In this document: in pieces, positions 1 through 10,241 of the stretch | Position numbering within the stretch: position 1 is the first letter of the stretch | How the letters are laid out: the number at the start of each line of letters is the position of its first letter | The notes under the pieces: model-generated | Databases searched by the model: none | What the model was told of the DNA's origin: nothing | Seen by the model: the letters and a program-made list of their open reading frames with translations, nothing else | Made by a program: the position numbers and the translations under genes | Assembly (NCBI GenBank): GCA_041658625.1 | Contig: JBAZZW010000002.1 | Span: forward strand, 344,299-408,298 | Origin: Actinomycetota bacterium | Lineage (GTDB): Bacteria > Actinomycetota > JAHEXW01 | Direction of reading: 5' to 3' | Length of the DNA: 64,000 nucleotides

Positions 1-153
1 TTGTGCATTATCAAAGGTAAGTCAAGCTTAACCTAGGCATGACCTGGCTAATTAACAATCAAGACTGGGTAAACACCTAGTGTGAACGGCCTCTAGCCTC
101 GGCTTAAAGGAAAGCGTTTAAGACTAATAAACTAGGCCGCCCCTTCGCAGATT

Positions 154-190
154 TGACCGGGAGCGAGTGAGCGTGATATTTTAAATAAAG
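154..190 (+). promoter_or_regulatory. candidate sigma-A promoter upstream of the metK leader
   Basis: TTGACC followed ~17 nt later by GATATTTT, just 5' of the riboswitch aptamer. Approximate. Confidence 0.3.
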
Positions 191-195
191 CGAAT

Positions 196-306
196 ACGCT
201 ATCCAGAGAGGCGGAGGGACCGAGCCCTGTGAAGCCTCGGCAACCTAGCTCGAAAACGAGCCAAGGTGCCAACTCTCGCCGGTCTATTCCGGGCAGATAG
301 GGAATG
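196..306 (+). promoter_or_regulatory. SAM-I (S-box) riboswitch aptamer
   Basis: ATCCAGAGAGGCGGAGGGAC...GCCCTGTGAAGCC.CGGCAACC...AAGGTGCCAA...GGGCAGATAGG matches the S-box consensus blocks (…TCAAGAGAGGnGGAGGGAcnGGCCC.ATGAAnCC.GGCAACC…GGTGCnAAnnC…GATnAG). It sits directly 5' of metK. Confidence 0.8.
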
Positions 307-317
307 AACTTATCTGA

Positions 318-356
318 ATGCCTGCGAGTAAACCTCGTGGGCATTTGCTTTTGGAA
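318..356 (+). terminator. riboswitch expression-platform attenuator/terminator
   Basis: Hairpin ATGCCTGCGAG/CTCGTGGGCAT (with G-U pairs) followed by TTGCTTTT, between the aptamer and the metK RBS. Confidence 0.5.
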
Positions 357-383
357 GATTGAGAGATTGGAGAAAGGGGAGAC

Positions 384-1580
384 ATGAGGGAGAAACATCT
401 GTTTACATCGGAGTCGGTAACGGAAGGCCATCCGGACAAGATATGCGATCAGATATCCGACGCGATTCTTGACGCGGTTATCGCTGACGATCCGGCTGGC
501 CGGGTGGCTTGCGAAACGTTGGTCACAACGGGCCTCGTGGTCGTGGCCGGCGAGATATCCACGGAGACGTATGTCGATATCCCGAAAGTCGTCAGACAGA
601 CGGTGAAAGATGTCGGCTACACAAGGGCGAAATACGGTTTTGATTATGAAACGTGCGGCGTCGTAACCTCGATCGACGAGCAGTCGCCCGATATCGCCGG
701 CGGGGTCGACCATGCTCTTGAGGAACGTTCGGGCGAGGCCAAAGACGCCGCGTTCGACCAGCTTGGGGCAGGCGACCAGGGTATGATGTTCGGGTACGCG
801 GTCAATGAAACGCCGGAGCTTATGCCGATGCCGATCATGGCCGCGCATAAGCTGGCGATGCGATTGACAGAGGTCAGAAAGGACCATACGCTGCGGTATC
901 TGAGGCCGGACGGCAAGACGCAGGTAACAGTGAGATATGAAGACGGACAGCCAAAACACATCGAAACGGTAATCGTGTCGACCCAGCACGGACCGGACAT
1001 CGACCAGGATCAACTGGCGGCCGATTTGCTGGAGCACGTGGTTAAGCCCGTCCTGCCGGCCTCGATGGTCGATTACGACAAACTAAACCTCTACGTCAAC
1101 CCGAGCGGCTACTTCGTTATCGGGGGACCGCAAGGAGACACCGGCGTGACCGGCAGGAAGATAATCGTCGACACTTACGGCGGATTAGCCCGGCACGGCG
1201 GCGGCTGTTTCTCCGGCAAGGACCCGACAAAGGTGGACCGGACCGGCGCCTACTATGCCCGTTACGCGGCCAAGAACATCGTCGCGGCCGGACTGGCCGA
1301 CAAGTGCGAGATTCAGGTCGCCTACGCCATCGGCAGGGCTCATCCTGTTTCCATTATGGTAGAAACCTTCGGAACGGAAAAAATCGATAACGCGAAAATA
1401 GGAAAATTGATTCGCGAACATTTTGATTTCCGCCCAGCGGCGATTATAGAGAACCTTAACCTGCGCCGGCCGATTTTTAAGAAGACTGCCGCCTATGGAC
1501 ATTTCGGACGCGACGACGCCGATTTTACCTGGGAGAAGACGGATATCGCGCCGGCGCTAGCCAAGGCGGCCGGCGTCTAG
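384..1580 (+). CDS. metK: S-adenosylmethionine synthetase
   Basis: [26 protein letters not shown]-type motifs ([19 protein letters not shown]), length 398 aa. RBS AAAGGGGAG. Confidence 0.97.
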   Translation: MREKHLFTSESVTEGHPDKICDQISDAILDAVIADDPAGRVACETLVTTGLVVVAGEISTETYVDIPKVVRQTVKDVGYTRAKYGFDYETCGVVTSIDEQSPDIAGGVDHALEERSGEAKDAAFDQLGAGDQGMMFGYAVNETPELMPMPIMAAHKLAMRLTEVRKDHTLRYLRPDGKTQVTVRYEDGQPKHIETVIVSTQHGPDIDQDQLAADLLEHVVKPVLPASMVDYDKLNLYVNPSGYFVIGGPQGDTGVTGRKIIVDTYGGLARHGGGCFSGKDPTKVDRTGAYYARYAAKNIVAAGLADKCEIQVAYAIGRAHPVSIMVETFGTEKIDNAKIGKLIREHFDFRPAAIIENLNLRRPIFKKTAAYGHFGRDDADFTWEKTDIAPALAKAAGV

Positions 1581-1614
1581 CCAACAAACCGGCATTCTAA
1601 TAGAATAATCATTA

Positions 1615-2160
1615 ATGGCGAACACCCTAACGGTTTTTCGGCTAATCTCGGTCCCTGTCTTTTTCGGCCTGCTCGCGTGGTCCAATCCTAGCGCCGATAA
1701 GGTCGCCTTTGCCGTATTCGGGATCGCGGCAATTACCGATTTGTTTGACGGTTATATAGCCAGACGCTTTAAACAGGTAACCGAGTTCGGGCGACTTGTC
1801 GACCCGCTGGCCGACAGGGCCTTGATCGTCACGGCGATTGTCGCGCTTTTTATGCGCGGCGTCATTCCGACATGGGCCTTGGCCGCGTTGCTGCTCAGGG
1901 ACGGCATGATGGTTTTAGGCTATTGGCTGACCAAAGAGCTTAACAAACCCCTGGTTCCGGTTAATCAGATGGGCCGGGTATCGAACTTCTACCTAATGGT
2001 AACCATATTCCTCCTATTGTTTCACTTAAGCTTCAACCCCTTGCTGCTTTTTGTTTGGGCGTTTTACCTGGGCGTCGTCCTTTATATGGTGAGCGGCTTG
2101 GTGTATATTATTCAGGAGGCGACGCTGTTGAATAAAACCGCCAAGGAGACCGATAAATGA
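1615..2160 (+). CDS. pgsA: CDP-alcohol phosphatidyltransferase (CDP-diacylglycerol--glycerol-3-phosphate 3-phosphatidyltransferase-like)
   Basis: CDP-OH_P_transf motif D-x2-DG-x2-AR-x8-G-x3-D-x3-D (DLFDGYIARRF...GRLVDPLADR). Multi-TM. Confidence 0.8.
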   Translation: MANTLTVFRLISVPVFFGLLAWSNPSADKVAFAVFGIAAITDLFDGYIARRFKQVTEFGRLVDPLADRALIVTAIVALFMRGVIPTWALAALLLRDGMMVLGYWLTKELNKPLVPVNQMGRVSNFYLMVTIFLLLFHLSFNPLLLFVWAFYLGVVLYMVSGLVYIIQEATLLNKTAKETDK

Positions 2161-2609
2161 ACTTAAAAGCCAGGATTGCCGAGGACATGAAAACGGCCAT
2201 GAAGGCCGGCGAAAAGCTAAAGGTTTCAACACTCAGACTGACCTCCTCGGCCATGACTTACGCCGAGAAAGACAAGAAACGCGAACTTAACGAAGACGAG
2301 GCCATGGAAGTGGTTGTTCGCGAAGTCAAGAAGCGCCGCGAGGCCGCCACCGAATACGCCAAGGCCGAACGGGAAGATCTAGCCGGCAAGGAGCGAGACG
2401 AGGCTGCGATATTGACCGCCTACCTGCCGGAACAGATGAGCGAGGCCGAAATAAACGAAATCGTAAAACAGGCTATCGAAGACGCCGGCGCGATGGGGCC
2501 GGGCGACCTCGGTAAGGTAATGAGTGTTGTTATCCCCAAAACTAAGGGCCGGGCTGACGGCAAGCTGGTCAACGAGATCGTCCGCCGGCTTCTCGAACAA
2601 GGGGCTTAG
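2157..2609 (+). CDS. GatB/YqeY domain protein
   Basis: YqeY-like 150 aa (…LTSSAMTYAEKDKKRELNEDE…). Start overlaps the pgsA stop (ATGA). Confidence 0.75.
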   Translation: MNLKARIAEDMKTAMKAGEKLKVSTLRLTSSAMTYAEKDKKRELNEDEAMEVVVREVKKRREAATEYAKAEREDLAGKERDEAAILTAYLPEQMSEAEINEIVKQAIEDAGAMGPGDLGKVMSVVIPKTKGRADGKLVNEIVRRLLEQGA

Positions 2610-2658
2610 GATTCTAAAACACAAAGAAACCAAGCTGACAATCCCGTCATATCTGTCC

Positions 2659-3567
2659 ATGGTGGACATTACTGGCCGCGCAGACGAGTGGCTTAAGATT
2701 ATCGAACCCCGATTCAATTGCGTCATATCCGTCAGAGGCAACGAGATTACCATCAGCGGGGACGAAAAAGAGGTAGATTCGGCGGTCAAGCTGTTTGAGG
2801 AAATGATCGCCCTGCTGGAGAAGAAGCGGCCGTTAACGCCCGAGGGGCTGAATGTCGCCATCGACATGGTAAAAAGCGGCGCCGGACGACCCAGCAAGGT
2901 GTTTTCTGATGTGGTGCTGGTCCACCGCGGCAAGACCATCGCGCCCAAAACGCCCGGCCAGAAAGCCTACGTCGACGCTATCCGCAAACACACCATCGTT
3001 TTTGGCATCGGACCGGCCGGAACCGGTAAGACGTATCTGGCCATGGCCCTCGCCGCGTCGGCTCTGGCTAATAAACAATACGGCCGCGTCGTCCTGGTCA
3101 GGCCGGCGGTTGAGGCCGGGGAGAAACTGGGTTATCTGCCGGGGACGCTCTACGAGAAAGTCGACCCTTATCTTAGGCCGCTTTACGACGCGCTATACGA
3201 AATGATGGACCCGGACCACTTCCGTTACCTCATGGAACGGGGGACCATAGAAGTGGCTCCGCTCGCCTACATGAGAGGCCGGACATTGAACGATTCGTTC
3301 ATCGTCTTGGACGAAGCCCAGAACACCAGCCCGGAGCAGATGAAGATGTTCCTGACGCGGCTGGGCTTTGGCAGCAAAGCGGTCGTTACCGGGGACGTCA
3401 CGCAGATCGACCTCCCGCCAGGTCAGGAGTCTGGTTTAACGGTGATCGAGAAGATTCTGACCAACGTGGAAGACGTAGAATTTATCCATCTTGACGCCAA
3501 GGACGTAGTCCGGCATAAGCTGGTCCAGCAAATTGTGGAAGCTTACCGGACGGCGGGATTGTCTTGA
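2659..3567 (+). CDS. phoH: PhoH-family ATPase
   Basis: Walker A GIGPAGTGKTYLA; PhoH signature VLDEAQNT...TGDVTQIDLP. The track ORF begins at 2524 inside yqeY. ATG 2659 (MVDITGRADEWLKIIE) is the plausible start. Confidence 0.85.
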   Translation: MVDITGRADEWLKIIEPRFNCVISVRGNEITISGDEKEVDSAVKLFEEMIALLEKKRPLTPEGLNVAIDMVKSGAGRPSKVFSDVVLVHRGKTIAPKTPGQKAYVDAIRKHTIVFGIGPAGTGKTYLAMALAASALANKQYGRVVLVRPAVEAGEKLGYLPGTLYEKVDPYLRPLYDALYEMMDPDHFRYLMERGTIEVAPLAYMRGRTLNDSFIVLDEAQNTSPEQMKMFLTRLGFGSKAVVTGDVTQIDLPPGQESGLTVIEKILTNVEDVEFIHLDAKDVVRHKLVQQIVEAYRTAGLS

Positions 3568-3588
3568 TTGGAGCGGGGTAGGTAGACC

Positions 3589-5073
3589 ATGGAGAAATCC
3601 GCCGTATCCACACCGAGGCGTCTGCGAGCCAGCCTGGCCAGCAAGGAGATAACATCAAAGCACTGGTTGCTGGCGGCCGGCATGTTTGGCGCGCTGACAG
3701 CGATTCTATCCGTTAACTTATTGCCGCCGGACTATGTGTTTAAAGCCGTCGATGTTAAAGAACTCGCGGGGATCGCCCTGCTGGTTCTGGGAATTATTAC
3801 GATATCCGGCTTGTACCTTTATGACTACCGGCCTTACGCTTTCGCCAGACCATCTCTTTTGCTGCTTTTAGGATTCATGTTCGTAGTCTTTACCGTGATC
3901 GCGAAAGCATTTTCGATCCTGGCGCTGACCAACGCCGCTTACTGGGGATACCTGATACCGGTCGCGTTCATCGCCATGCTGGTTACCATTTTGTTCGATC
4001 CTCACTTGGCGATCATGCTTGTCATTAGCGCGTCGATCATGGTCGGCTACGAAACGCACTACAACTTTTCTTACACGATAACGGCGCTTATGGGCGGGAT
4101 GATAGCGGTCTATTCGACGACAGGAATATCCCAGAGGACGGAATTGGCCAAAGCCGGCGTGGTAACCGGCATCGGCATCGCGTTCTTCGCGATAACCGCC
4201 GGGTTGCTTCAAGACACCACCTCGGCCGCTTTTATAAACGGCATGATCGGGGTGGCCAACGGCGTGTTTTCAGCCGTCCTGGCGCTGGGAACATTGCCGT
4301 TCCTGGAGAGAGAATTCGGCATCTTAACGCCGATGCGCTTACTGGAGCTATCCAACCCCAGTCAACCGCTTCTAAGGCGGCTGATGACTGAGGCGCCAGG
4401 CACTTATAGCCATAGCATAGGCGTCGGTAATTTGGCGGAAGCGGCCGCCGAGGCTATCGGCGCAGACTCGTTGCTGGTCAGGGTAGGCGCCTATTACCAT
4501 GACATCGGTAAGCTGAAAAGACCGTCGTTCTTTGTCGAGAATCAGGCGGAAGAGGAAAGCCGGCACGAGAAAATCAATCCGCAATTGTCATGCCTGGTAA
4601 TCACATCTCATGTCAGGGAAGGCGTGGACATGGCCAGGGGTGAGAGCCTGCCGCAACCGATTATTGATTTAATCGACCAGCATCACGGCAAGAGCATCGT
4701 AACTTTCTTTTTCCACGAAGCCAAGAAGAGGAAGTTGAAAGAAGACGTCTGTGACGACGCTTTCCGGTACCCAGGGGATAAACCGCACAGCCGCGAGGCC
4801 GCGATTTTGATGCTGGCCGATGCCGTGGAAGCCGCGGCTAAAACAATTAAGGATCCGAGCGCGGTAAAATTCGAGACGTTGATCAAGAAGATAATTCAAG
4901 AGAGAATCGACGACCACCAATTGGATGAAAGCGATATGACGCTGGCCGACCTGAGTAAGGTCGCCAAAACGTTTACCCAGATTCTGAGCGGCGTCTACCA
5001 CAAACGCGTCGCCTATCCGGACCTGAAAGATGAAGATATGCCGGCCAAGCATAAAGGCGCGGTCCATGGATGA
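3589..5073 (+). CDS. 7TM receptor with intracellular HD hydrolase (YqfF/PgpH family, c-di-AMP phosphodiesterase-like)
   Basis: N-terminal 7 TM helices followed by an HD domain (HSIGVGNLAEAAA...YYHDIGK...DQHHG). Conserved phoH-yqfF-ybeY order. Confidence 0.85.
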   Translation: MEKSAVSTPRRLRASLASKEITSKHWLLAAGMFGALTAILSVNLLPPDYVFKAVDVKELAGIALLVLGIITISGLYLYDYRPYAFARPSLLLLLGFMFVVFTVIAKAFSILALTNAAYWGYLIPVAFIAMLVTILFDPHLAIMLVISASIMVGYETHYNFSYTITALMGGMIAVYSTTGISQRTELAKAGVVTGIGIAFFAITAGLLQDTTSAAFINGMIGVANGVFSAVLALGTLPFLEREFGILTPMRLLELSNPSQPLLRRLMTEAPGTYSHSIGVGNLAEAAAEAIGADSLLVRVGAYYHDIGKLKRPSFFVENQAEEESRHEKINPQLSCLVITSHVREGVDMARGESLPQPIIDLIDQHHGKSIVTFFFHEAKKRKLKEDVCDDAFRYPGDKPHSREAAILMLADAVEAAAKTIKDPSAVKFETLIKKIIQERIDDHQLDESDMTLADLSKVAKTFTQILSGVYHKRVAYPDLKDEDMPAKHKGAVHG

Positions 5074-5545
5074 GGCTAATCGAAAGTCCGGCGACGTTAC
5101 CATCGCCAATGAGCAAGACTCTGTGGCCGTAGACAACGAGAAAGCCATACTTCTTGCCGAGTATGTCTTATCCGAGGAAAAAGCGTCCGGCCAAGGTGAA
5201 CTGGCGATAACCTTCGTCGTCAAAGACGAGATGGCTTCCCTTAACTCAAGATACAGGCGCCTGGAGGGACCGACCGATGTGCTTTCTTTTTCCCTAAGAA
5301 AAAGCGGGGAGGACGAGTTTGTCTCGCCGGTGCCCTTGATGGGAAACGTCATAATCTGCCCGGAGGTGGCCGCGGCCAACGCGGCTAAAGACGGCCGCAG
5401 CCTCCAAAGCGAAATAGACCAACTGGTGGTTCACGGCATACTCCATATCCTGGACTACGGGCACTCAACGGCAGAGGATGAGGCTAAAATGTTCGAGCGC
5501 CAGGCCGAACTGGTGGACAGGTTCAAAAACGCGGGGCAGCTTTAG
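5066..5545 (+). CDS. ybeY: rRNA maturation endoribonuclease YbeY
   Basis: HGILHILDYGH zinc-binding motif. The track ORF starts at 5030. ATG 5066 (MDEANRK) overlaps the upstream stop and gives 159 aa. Confidence 0.85.
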   Translation: MDEANRKSGDVTIANEQDSVAVDNEKAILLAEYVLSEEKASGQGELAITFVVKDEMASLNSRYRRLEGPTDVLSFSLRKSGEDEFVSPVPLMGNVIICPEVAAANAAKDGRSLQSEIDQLVVHGILHILDYGHSTAEDEAKMFERQAELVDRFKNAGQL

Positions 5546-5905
5546 GTGAAGCACAGGAACGTGTTTGAGAGTTCCGTGACGGCTTTCCAGGGTTTGATGT
5601 TTGCTTTGAGGCATCAAAGAAGCGTCAAAGCCATCGCCGCCATCGCCATTATCGTTACAGCGGTAAGCGCTTTTTTAAAGTTGACGGCCGTCGAGTACAT
5701 GATTCTGACGACCACGATATCCTTGGTTTTCATAACGGAGCTGATCAACTCGGGACTGGAATACGCGATCGACCTTGTGACCGAGGACTATCACGACCTG
5801 GCCAAAGCGGCCAAGGACGTTGCGGCCGCGGCTGTCTTACTGGCCTGCGTCAACGCCGTACTCGTAGGAGCGATCTGGCTAATGGGACGATTGGGGTGGA
5901 TGTAG
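5546..5905 (+). CDS. dgkA: diacylglycerol/undecaprenol kinase family protein
   Basis: 119 aa, 3 TM, DgkA-like (…ELINSGLEYAIDLVT…). Synteny after ybeY as in Bacillus. Confidence 0.75.
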   Translation: MKHRNVFESSVTAFQGLMFALRHQRSVKAIAAIAIIVTAVSAFLKLTAVEYMILTTTISLVFITELINSGLEYAIDLVTEDYHDLAKAAKDVAAAAVLLACVNAVLVGAIWLMGRLGWM

Positions 5906-5906
5906 T

Positions 5907-7190
5907 TTGGCGCCAAGCACGATATTTGGATTAACAAGCTTGTTTTTGTTGCTTGTGTCGGCGGCCTATATGGCTTTAGCCGAGACGGCCATTCTGACAG
6001 TTACCCTTGTACAGGCGAGAAGGATGGAAGAGGAAGGACGCCGGGGAGCGGTCGCCCTGGGAAAGATACTTAAGAAACGCAGCGATTATCTGACTACGAT
6101 CCTTCTCTTAACGCTGGTAACAAATCTCACCGCGACCAGTATAGCCAGTACGCTCGCTTACCGTTCTTTCAAAAGCACGGGCGTCGCTTTGGCGACGGCG
6201 GTAATGACCATAATAATCTTCATCTATTGCGAGGTGGCGCCGAAGACTTACGCCGTCCGTTACGCCGATAAGATGGCCGCGCGCGTCGCCGGTTCGGTCG
6301 TCTTCCTGGGCACCGTTTTCGGCCCGGTTGTGCATCTGCTGGCTCGTATCGCCATTTTATCGATGCGCCTGGTCGGTATACGGGTTAGCGCACCAGGACC
6401 GTATATGACGGAAGAAGAACTTTTGACGGCTGTTGAAATCAGCGAGGAAGAAGGCGTTATCAAGGAAGAGGAGAAACGCCTTATCCATCACATTTTCGAG
6501 TTCGGAGACACCATTGTCCGAGAGGTCATGATGCCAAGGCCGGATATGATTTGCATAGACGAGAACGTTTCCATGGACAAAGCGATCGATACGGTTGTCA
6601 AGGCGGGGCACTCTCGTTTTCCCGTCTTCAAGGATAATGTCGATAACATAGTCGGCATCCTTTACGCCAGAGACCTTTTAGCCATGGTGGCCAAGAAAAC
6701 GACCGGCGGCGCGGTTAAGGACGTAATGCGGCCGGCCATTTTCGTGCCGGAGACGAAGCGGGTCGCCGACCTGCTTAGGGAGATACAGAAAGAGCGGGTG
6801 CACCTGGCGGTCGTTATCGACGAATACGGAAGCACGGCCGGCTTGGTGACGATGGAGGACCTGCTGGAGGAGATCGTAGGTGAGATATACGACGAGTACG
6901 ACGCGGCTATAGCGGAAATCGAGACACTGGCTGAAGGCCGGCTGCGGGTTGACGGCCGGGCGCCGGTCGACGACGTAAGCGATTATTTTCAGGTTAAACT
7001 TGATTATCCGGAAGTGGACACTATCGGAGGTTTGATGCTAGAAATATTCGGGCGTGTGCCCTCGCGGGGCGAAAACATCGAATCTGACGGCCTGGAGTTC
7101 AAAATAGAAAAGGTAGCCGGGAAGCGGGTAAGGACTGTTCTGATTACCAGGGCGGAAGAAACCGATGAAGATATGAAAGGCGAGCGTTAA
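5907..7190 (+). CDS. HlyC/CorC-family transporter (DUF21-CBS pair-CorC_HlyC)
   Basis: N-terminal DUF21 TM domain, two CBS domains, C-terminal CorC/HlyC transporter-associated domain. TTG start. Confidence 0.85.
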   Translation: MAPSTIFGLTSLFLLLVSAAYMALAETAILTVTLVQARRMEEEGRRGAVALGKILKKRSDYLTTILLLTLVTNLTATSIASTLAYRSFKSTGVALATAVMTIIIFIYCEVAPKTYAVRYADKMAARVAGSVVFLGTVFGPVVHLLARIAILSMRLVGIRVSAPGPYMTEEELLTAVEISEEEGVIKEEEKRLIHHIFEFGDTIVREVMMPRPDMICIDENVSMDKAIDTVVKAGHSRFPVFKDNVDNIVGILYARDLLAMVAKKTTGGAVKDVMRPAIFVPETKRVADLLREIQKERVHLAVVIDEYGSTAGLVTMEDLLEEIVGEIYDEYDAAIAEIETLAEGRLRVDGRAPVDDVSDYFQVKLDYPEVDTIGGLMLEIFGRVPSRGENIESDGLEFKIEKVAGKRVRTVLITRAEETDEDMKGER

Positions 7191-8444
7191 GTGGAGATAA
7201 AAGCGCCGAAAGGCACAAAAGACATTTTACCGGCGGAGTCGCGGAAATGGGACAGGTTTTTCGCCGACGTCGAGATGGTTTTTAAGAACTACGGTTACGG
7301 GCGGATCGAAACGCCCGTATTTGAGTCCGAAGGGCTATTCGCCCGGGCGATCGGGGAAAGTACGGACATCGTCAAAAAAGAGATGTACGTTTTTGAGGAC
7401 AAAGGCGGACGCCGACTGGCGCTTCGTCCGGAAGAAACAGCCGGCGTCGTCCGGGCTTTTATCGAACACAAAATGTACACGGGGAACGGTCTGGAAAAGA
7501 TTTACTACAAAGGCCAGATGTTCCGTTACGAGCGGCCGCAAGGCGGGCGGCAGCGGCAATTCTGGCAGATAGGCGTGGAGGCGTTGGGAAGCTCTGACCC
7601 GGCGCTTGACGCCGAGGTTATAGACATGGCCGTGACTTGCCTTGACGCGACCGGCTTGGGCGGATTAGAGCTGAAAATAAACAGCGTCGGCTGCCCGATT
7701 TGCCGCCCCGCTTACACAAAGGCCCTCAAGACGTTCTTGAACGAGAACCAAGAGGAGCTATGCGCCACCTGCCGGGAAAGAACCTCGACTAATCCGTTAA
7801 GGGTTTTTGACTGCAAGAACGAGCAGTGCAGAGCGGCGATAAAAAACGCGCCACTGGTAATCGATCATCTGTGCGAAGACTGCGCGGACAATTTTAATAA
7901 AGTTAAAGCTTACCTTGATACTATGTCCGTGGATTATACAGCTGACCCCCATCTGGTCAGGGGCCTTGACTACTATACAAAAACAACCTTCGAGATAACG
8001 GCGCCGGGATTAGGAGCCCAAAACGCGGTGGCGGCCGGCGGACGTTACGATAACCTAGTAAAATCTTACGGCGGCCCCGATACGCCCGGTTTAGGATTTG
8101 CCATCGGGATTGAACGGGCTTTACTAGCGTTGGGAGACGAGGCGGCCGAGGCGGATGAAGCGCTGGACGCTTATATTATCACGCTGGATGAGGAATCGAA
8201 ACAAGCGGGCCTGGCTTTGGCCAAGACGGCCCGGGCGTCGGGACTCGCGGTGGAGATGGATTTCACGGGGAAGAATATGAAGAAGCAGATGGCCAACGCG
8301 GATAAGTCGGGAGCGAGATACGCTGTAATTATCGGGAGCGACGAACTGTTGACAGGCTCGCTGACCATCCGGGACATGGCCTCAGGCGAACAGAGGGGCG
8401 TCGACGCGGAAGCGATGATCGACGTCCTGTCGGGACATATCTAA
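7191..8444 (+). CDS. hisS: histidyl-tRNA synthetase
   Basis: Class II aaRS motifs (…FRYERPQGGRQRQFWQ…; GGRYD). 417 aa, GTG start. Confidence 0.95.
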   Translation: MEIKAPKGTKDILPAESRKWDRFFADVEMVFKNYGYGRIETPVFESEGLFARAIGESTDIVKKEMYVFEDKGGRRLALRPEETAGVVRAFIEHKMYTGNGLEKIYYKGQMFRYERPQGGRQRQFWQIGVEALGSSDPALDAEVIDMAVTCLDATGLGGLELKINSVGCPICRPAYTKALKTFLNENQEELCATCRERTSTNPLRVFDCKNEQCRAAIKNAPLVIDHLCEDCADNFNKVKAYLDTMSVDYTADPHLVRGLDYYTKTTFEITAPGLGAQNAVAAGGRYDNLVKSYGGPDTPGLGFAIGIERALLALGDEAAEADEALDAYIITLDEESKQAGLALAKTARASGLAVEMDFTGKNMKKQMANADKSGARYAVIIGSDELLTGSLTIRDMASGEQRGVDAEAMIDVLSGHI

Positions 8445-8459
8445 AGGCAAGGAGAAAAG

Positions 8460-10226
8460 GTGTCGCATAAGTACAAAGACATTGGCTGCGGAGAGATTAA
8501 GAGGGAAGACATAGGAAAGACGGTGACCTTGTCCGGCTGGATAGACACCAGACGTGATCACGGCGGCCTCATATTCATGGATTTAAGGGACCGGAGCGGA
8601 GTTGTCCAACTGGTCTTCAACCCTGAACGAGACGCGGCGGTGCACGCGACCGGGGAGTTGCTGCGCGGCGAGTACGTAGTGACGGCGAAGGGAGAGGTCT
8701 CGCCGCGTCCTGAGGAAAACGTGAACCCGAAGTTGCCGACGGGAGAGATCGAGCTAATCGTCGACGAGCTTACAATATTAAGTAAAGCCAAGACGCCGCC
8801 GTTTGAAATAGAGGACGGGATTAACGTCGACGAATCCATCAGGCTTAAGTATCGTTATCTGGATATCCGGCGTCCCGAGGTCGCCGGCGCCTTGCTGCTA
8901 AGAAGCCGGGTCGTGAAGACGATACACAAGTATCTTGATGACAGGGGTTTTATCGAAGTGGAAACCCCGTATCTGACCAAAAGCACGCCGGAGGGCGCGC
9001 GCGATTTTCTGGTGCCCAGCCGGTTAAGCCCCGGTCATTTCTTCGCGTTGCCGCAATCGCCGCAGCTTTTTAAACAGATTTTGATGGTCGCCGGCATGGA
9101 GCGCTATTACCAGCTGGCCAGATGTTTCAGAGACGAAGATCTCAGGGCCGACCGGCAGCCTGAGCACACCCAGATAGACCTGGAAATGTCCTTTGTTACC
9201 AGGGACGATGTTATGGACGTGGCCGAGGGCATGATCAGAGAGATATTCCGCCAAGACATCGGCGTAGACATACCCGACCCGCTGCCGAGGATGACTTACC
9301 GAGAGGCGCTGGAAAATTACGGCACGGACAGGCCGGAGCTAAGGTTCGGATTGACGATCAAGGATCTTACTGGGGTTTTCGCGAGATCAGAATTCAAGGT
9401 GTTCAGCGGGGCGATTGCCGCGGGCGGCAGGATAAAGGGACTTGTCGCGCCGGGAGCGGCCGGATATTCCCGTAAGGACATGGACGAGCTGACGGAGTTC
9501 GTTAAGATCTACGGCGCGAAGGGCCTGGCTTGGGCGGGAGTCGGCGAGGACGGCGTTTTGACGGGGCCGATAGCTAAGTTCATCACGGATAACGAAGCGG
9601 ACGCCGCGAAAGGCGCCCTGGGGGCAAGCCCTAACGATATGATCCTGATGGTCGCGGACAAAGAAGACACCGCCTTGAACGCGATCGGCAACCTGCGTCT
9701 CGAAATCGGCAAAAGGCTCGATTTGATAAAGGAAAGTGACTTCAGACTAACATGGGTCGTTGATTTCCCGCTGGTTCAATGGGACGAAGAAGAAGACCGG
9801 CCGAAGGCTGTCCACCATCCTTTCACCATGCCGACCGTCGATTCCATGGGGCTGCTTGAGGACGACCCGCTGAGCGCCAACGCAGATGCCTATGACCTGG
9901 TTATCAATGGTGTGGAGGTTGGCGGCGGAAGCCTTCGTATCCACGACGCGGACCTGCAGCGGCGGATGTTTAGGCTGTTGAAAATGTCCGATGAAGAAGC
10001 CAGGGATAAATTCGGATTTTTGCTGGAGGCGTTCGAGTACGGGGCGCCGCCGCACGGCGGTTTGGCTTTCGGCCTGGACCGCCTGGTTATGCTTCTGGCC
10101 GGCCAGTCTTCGATCAGAGACGTAATCGCTTTCCCCAAAACACAAACCGGGACCTGTCTGATGACGGGGGCGCCGGACACCGTACAAGACGAGCAGTTGC
10201 GCGATCTGGACATCAAGCTGCGATAA
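8460..10226 (+). CDS. aspS: aspartyl-tRNA synthetase
   Basis: OB-fold N-terminus, QSPQLFKQ, FRDEDLRADRQPEHTQ, GGGSLRIH motifs. 588 aa. Confidence 0.95.
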   Translation: MSHKYKDIGCGEIKREDIGKTVTLSGWIDTRRDHGGLIFMDLRDRSGVVQLVFNPERDAAVHATGELLRGEYVVTAKGEVSPRPEENVNPKLPTGEIELIVDELTILSKAKTPPFEIEDGINVDESIRLKYRYLDIRRPEVAGALLLRSRVVKTIHKYLDDRGFIEVETPYLTKSTPEGARDFLVPSRLSPGHFFALPQSPQLFKQILMVAGMERYYQLARCFRDEDLRADRQPEHTQIDLEMSFVTRDDVMDVAEGMIREIFRQDIGVDIPDPLPRMTYREALENYGTDRPELRFGLTIKDLTGVFARSEFKVFSGAIAAGGRIKGLVAPGAAGYSRKDMDELTEFVKIYGAKGLAWAGVGEDGVLTGPIAKFITDNEADAAKGALGASPNDMILMVADKEDTALNAIGNLRLEIGKRLDLIKESDFRLTWVVDFPLVQWDEEEDRPKAVHHPFTMPTVDSMGLLEDDPLSANADAYDLVINGVEVGGGSLRIHDADLQRRMFRLLKMSDEEARDKFGFLLEAFEYGAPPHGGLAFGLDRLVMLLAGQSSIRDVIAFPKTQTGTCLMTGAPDTVQDEQLRDLDIKLR

Positions 10227-10241
10227 GTCAAAGGGGGCAAC

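Noticed and set aside
132-1037. 301-aa minus-strand ORF (and several other long antisense ORFs such as 4669-5379, 9747-10361, 17998-18573, 35774-36586, 43632-44768, 52442-53041)
   Set aside because: Each lies antisense to a confidently identified conserved gene (metK, HD-7TM/ybeY, aspS, alaS, VanW, thiM/thiE, rpsB/tsf) and is Arg/Pro/Ser-rich with no domain signatures. This is the typical open-frame noise of high-GC DNA.
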